Below are positions 63,636 through 64,000 of a stretch of DNA of 64,000 nt, one piece after another (position 1 is the first letter of the stretch; each line of letters starts with the position of its first letter). The DNA is taken from positions 10,846 to 74,845 of the forward strand of contig CAZVUN010000001.1 of NCBI GenBank assembly GCA_964629975.1, written 5' to 3'. The notes below the pieces were generated by a model, which did no database searches, had not been told where the DNA came from, and was given only the letters and a program-made list of their open reading frames with translations. This DNA is from an uncultured Acidiferrobacteraceae bacterium (GTDB lineage: Bacteria > Pseudomonadota > Gammaproteobacteria > Acidiferrobacterales > Sulfurifustaceae). A program made the position numbers and the translations under genes.

Positions 63636-64000
63636 ATGGATGCCAAGACGCGCGACCTGATCCTGGAACTGCTCGCCAGCCACAACGTACTGCACCTGGG
63701 CACGCTGCGCGGCGACGGCTATCCGCAGGTCACCACCGTGGAATACGCGAGCGACGGCCTGACCATTTACGTCGCCACCGACAAGGACAGCCAGAAGGCC
63801 TACAACATCCGCCATCACGACAAGGTATCGCTCGCCATCGACCGCGACTACGCCGACTGGCACCAGATCCGCGGCCTGTCGATGGCGGCGAGCGCCGAGG
63901 TGCTGAGCGATCCGGACGAGATCGCCCACGCGCTCGCCTGTCTTGCCGCCAAGTTTCCGGCCCAGGCGAGCCTGTTTGATCCCGAGACGGCAGGTGACAT
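63636..64000 (+). CDS. pyridoxamine 5-prime-phosphate oxidase family protein (3-prime partial)
   Basis: Open from ATG 63636 to the window end: MDAKTRDLILELLASHNVLHLGTLRGDGYPQVTTVEYASDGLTIYVATDKDSQKAYNI... is a PNPOx-like split barrel. Confidence 0.6.
   Translation, partial: MDAKTRDLILELLASHNVLHLGTLRGDGYPQVTTVEYASDGLTIYVATDKDSQKAYNIRHHDKVSLAIDRDYADWHQIRGLSMAASAEVLSDPDEIAHALACLAAKFPAQASLFDPETAGD

Noticed and set aside
61959-63929. 656-aa minus-strand ORF opposite the SDR-DUF2867 and PNPOx genes
   Set aside because: Antisense artefact that crosses three sense-strand genes.

Overview
GC-rich proteobacterial chromosomal segment with about 70 protein-coding genes. I saw no rRNA, tRNA, CRISPR array or intact mobile element by eye. 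All calls rest on reading the translated ORFs and the raw sequence; no searches were run.

Gene content, in order:
- A pyrophosphate energy module (pfp, a small ORF, hppA).
- bioB, fnr and hemN.
- A dihaem cytochrome c fused to DUF302, followed by a second DUF302 protein.
- The O2-independent ubiquinone locus (ubiD, ubiT, ubiU, ubiV) with an adjacent small radical SAM gene.
- yajD, an asparagine-synthase-type amidotransferase, and two DsrC/TusE-family genes.
- A NodIJ-like ABC exporter, an HxlR regulator divergent from a cytochrome P460 gene, and hsp20.
- lemA with two TPM-domain genes, mgtE, an old-yellow-enzyme reductase, trpB2 with an SDR gene, sodC, and a TAXI-TRAP transporter.
- A long same-strand run of quinone/redox-stress genes: pirin, flavodoxin, cytochrome b561, two yceI, yqjG, a second pirin, ygiD and an MBL-fold gene.
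- phoD, a secreted beta-helix protein with an FN3 lipoprotein, an orphan lpxA paralogue next to a GYF-pentapeptide membrane protein, and a fumarylacetoacetate hydrolase gene.

Main result: the window encodes an FNR-type regulator with all four cluster cysteines. It also carries six intergenic FNR boxes (three perfect TTGAT-N4-ATCAA, three with one mismatch). Most sit 21-22 nt from a -10-like hexamer, which is class II promoter geometry.

The most novel candidate is a small radical SAM gene with a perfect class II FNR promoter directly upstream of ubiU-ubiV on the same strand. The two unusual spacers between these genes carry 14-bp-period AAGTGA-core direct repeats.

Four genes appear disrupted: a double frameshift, two single frameshifts and one in-frame TAG. 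There is also a decayed REP-associated tyrosine transposase remnant. These may be real gene decay or assembly errors.
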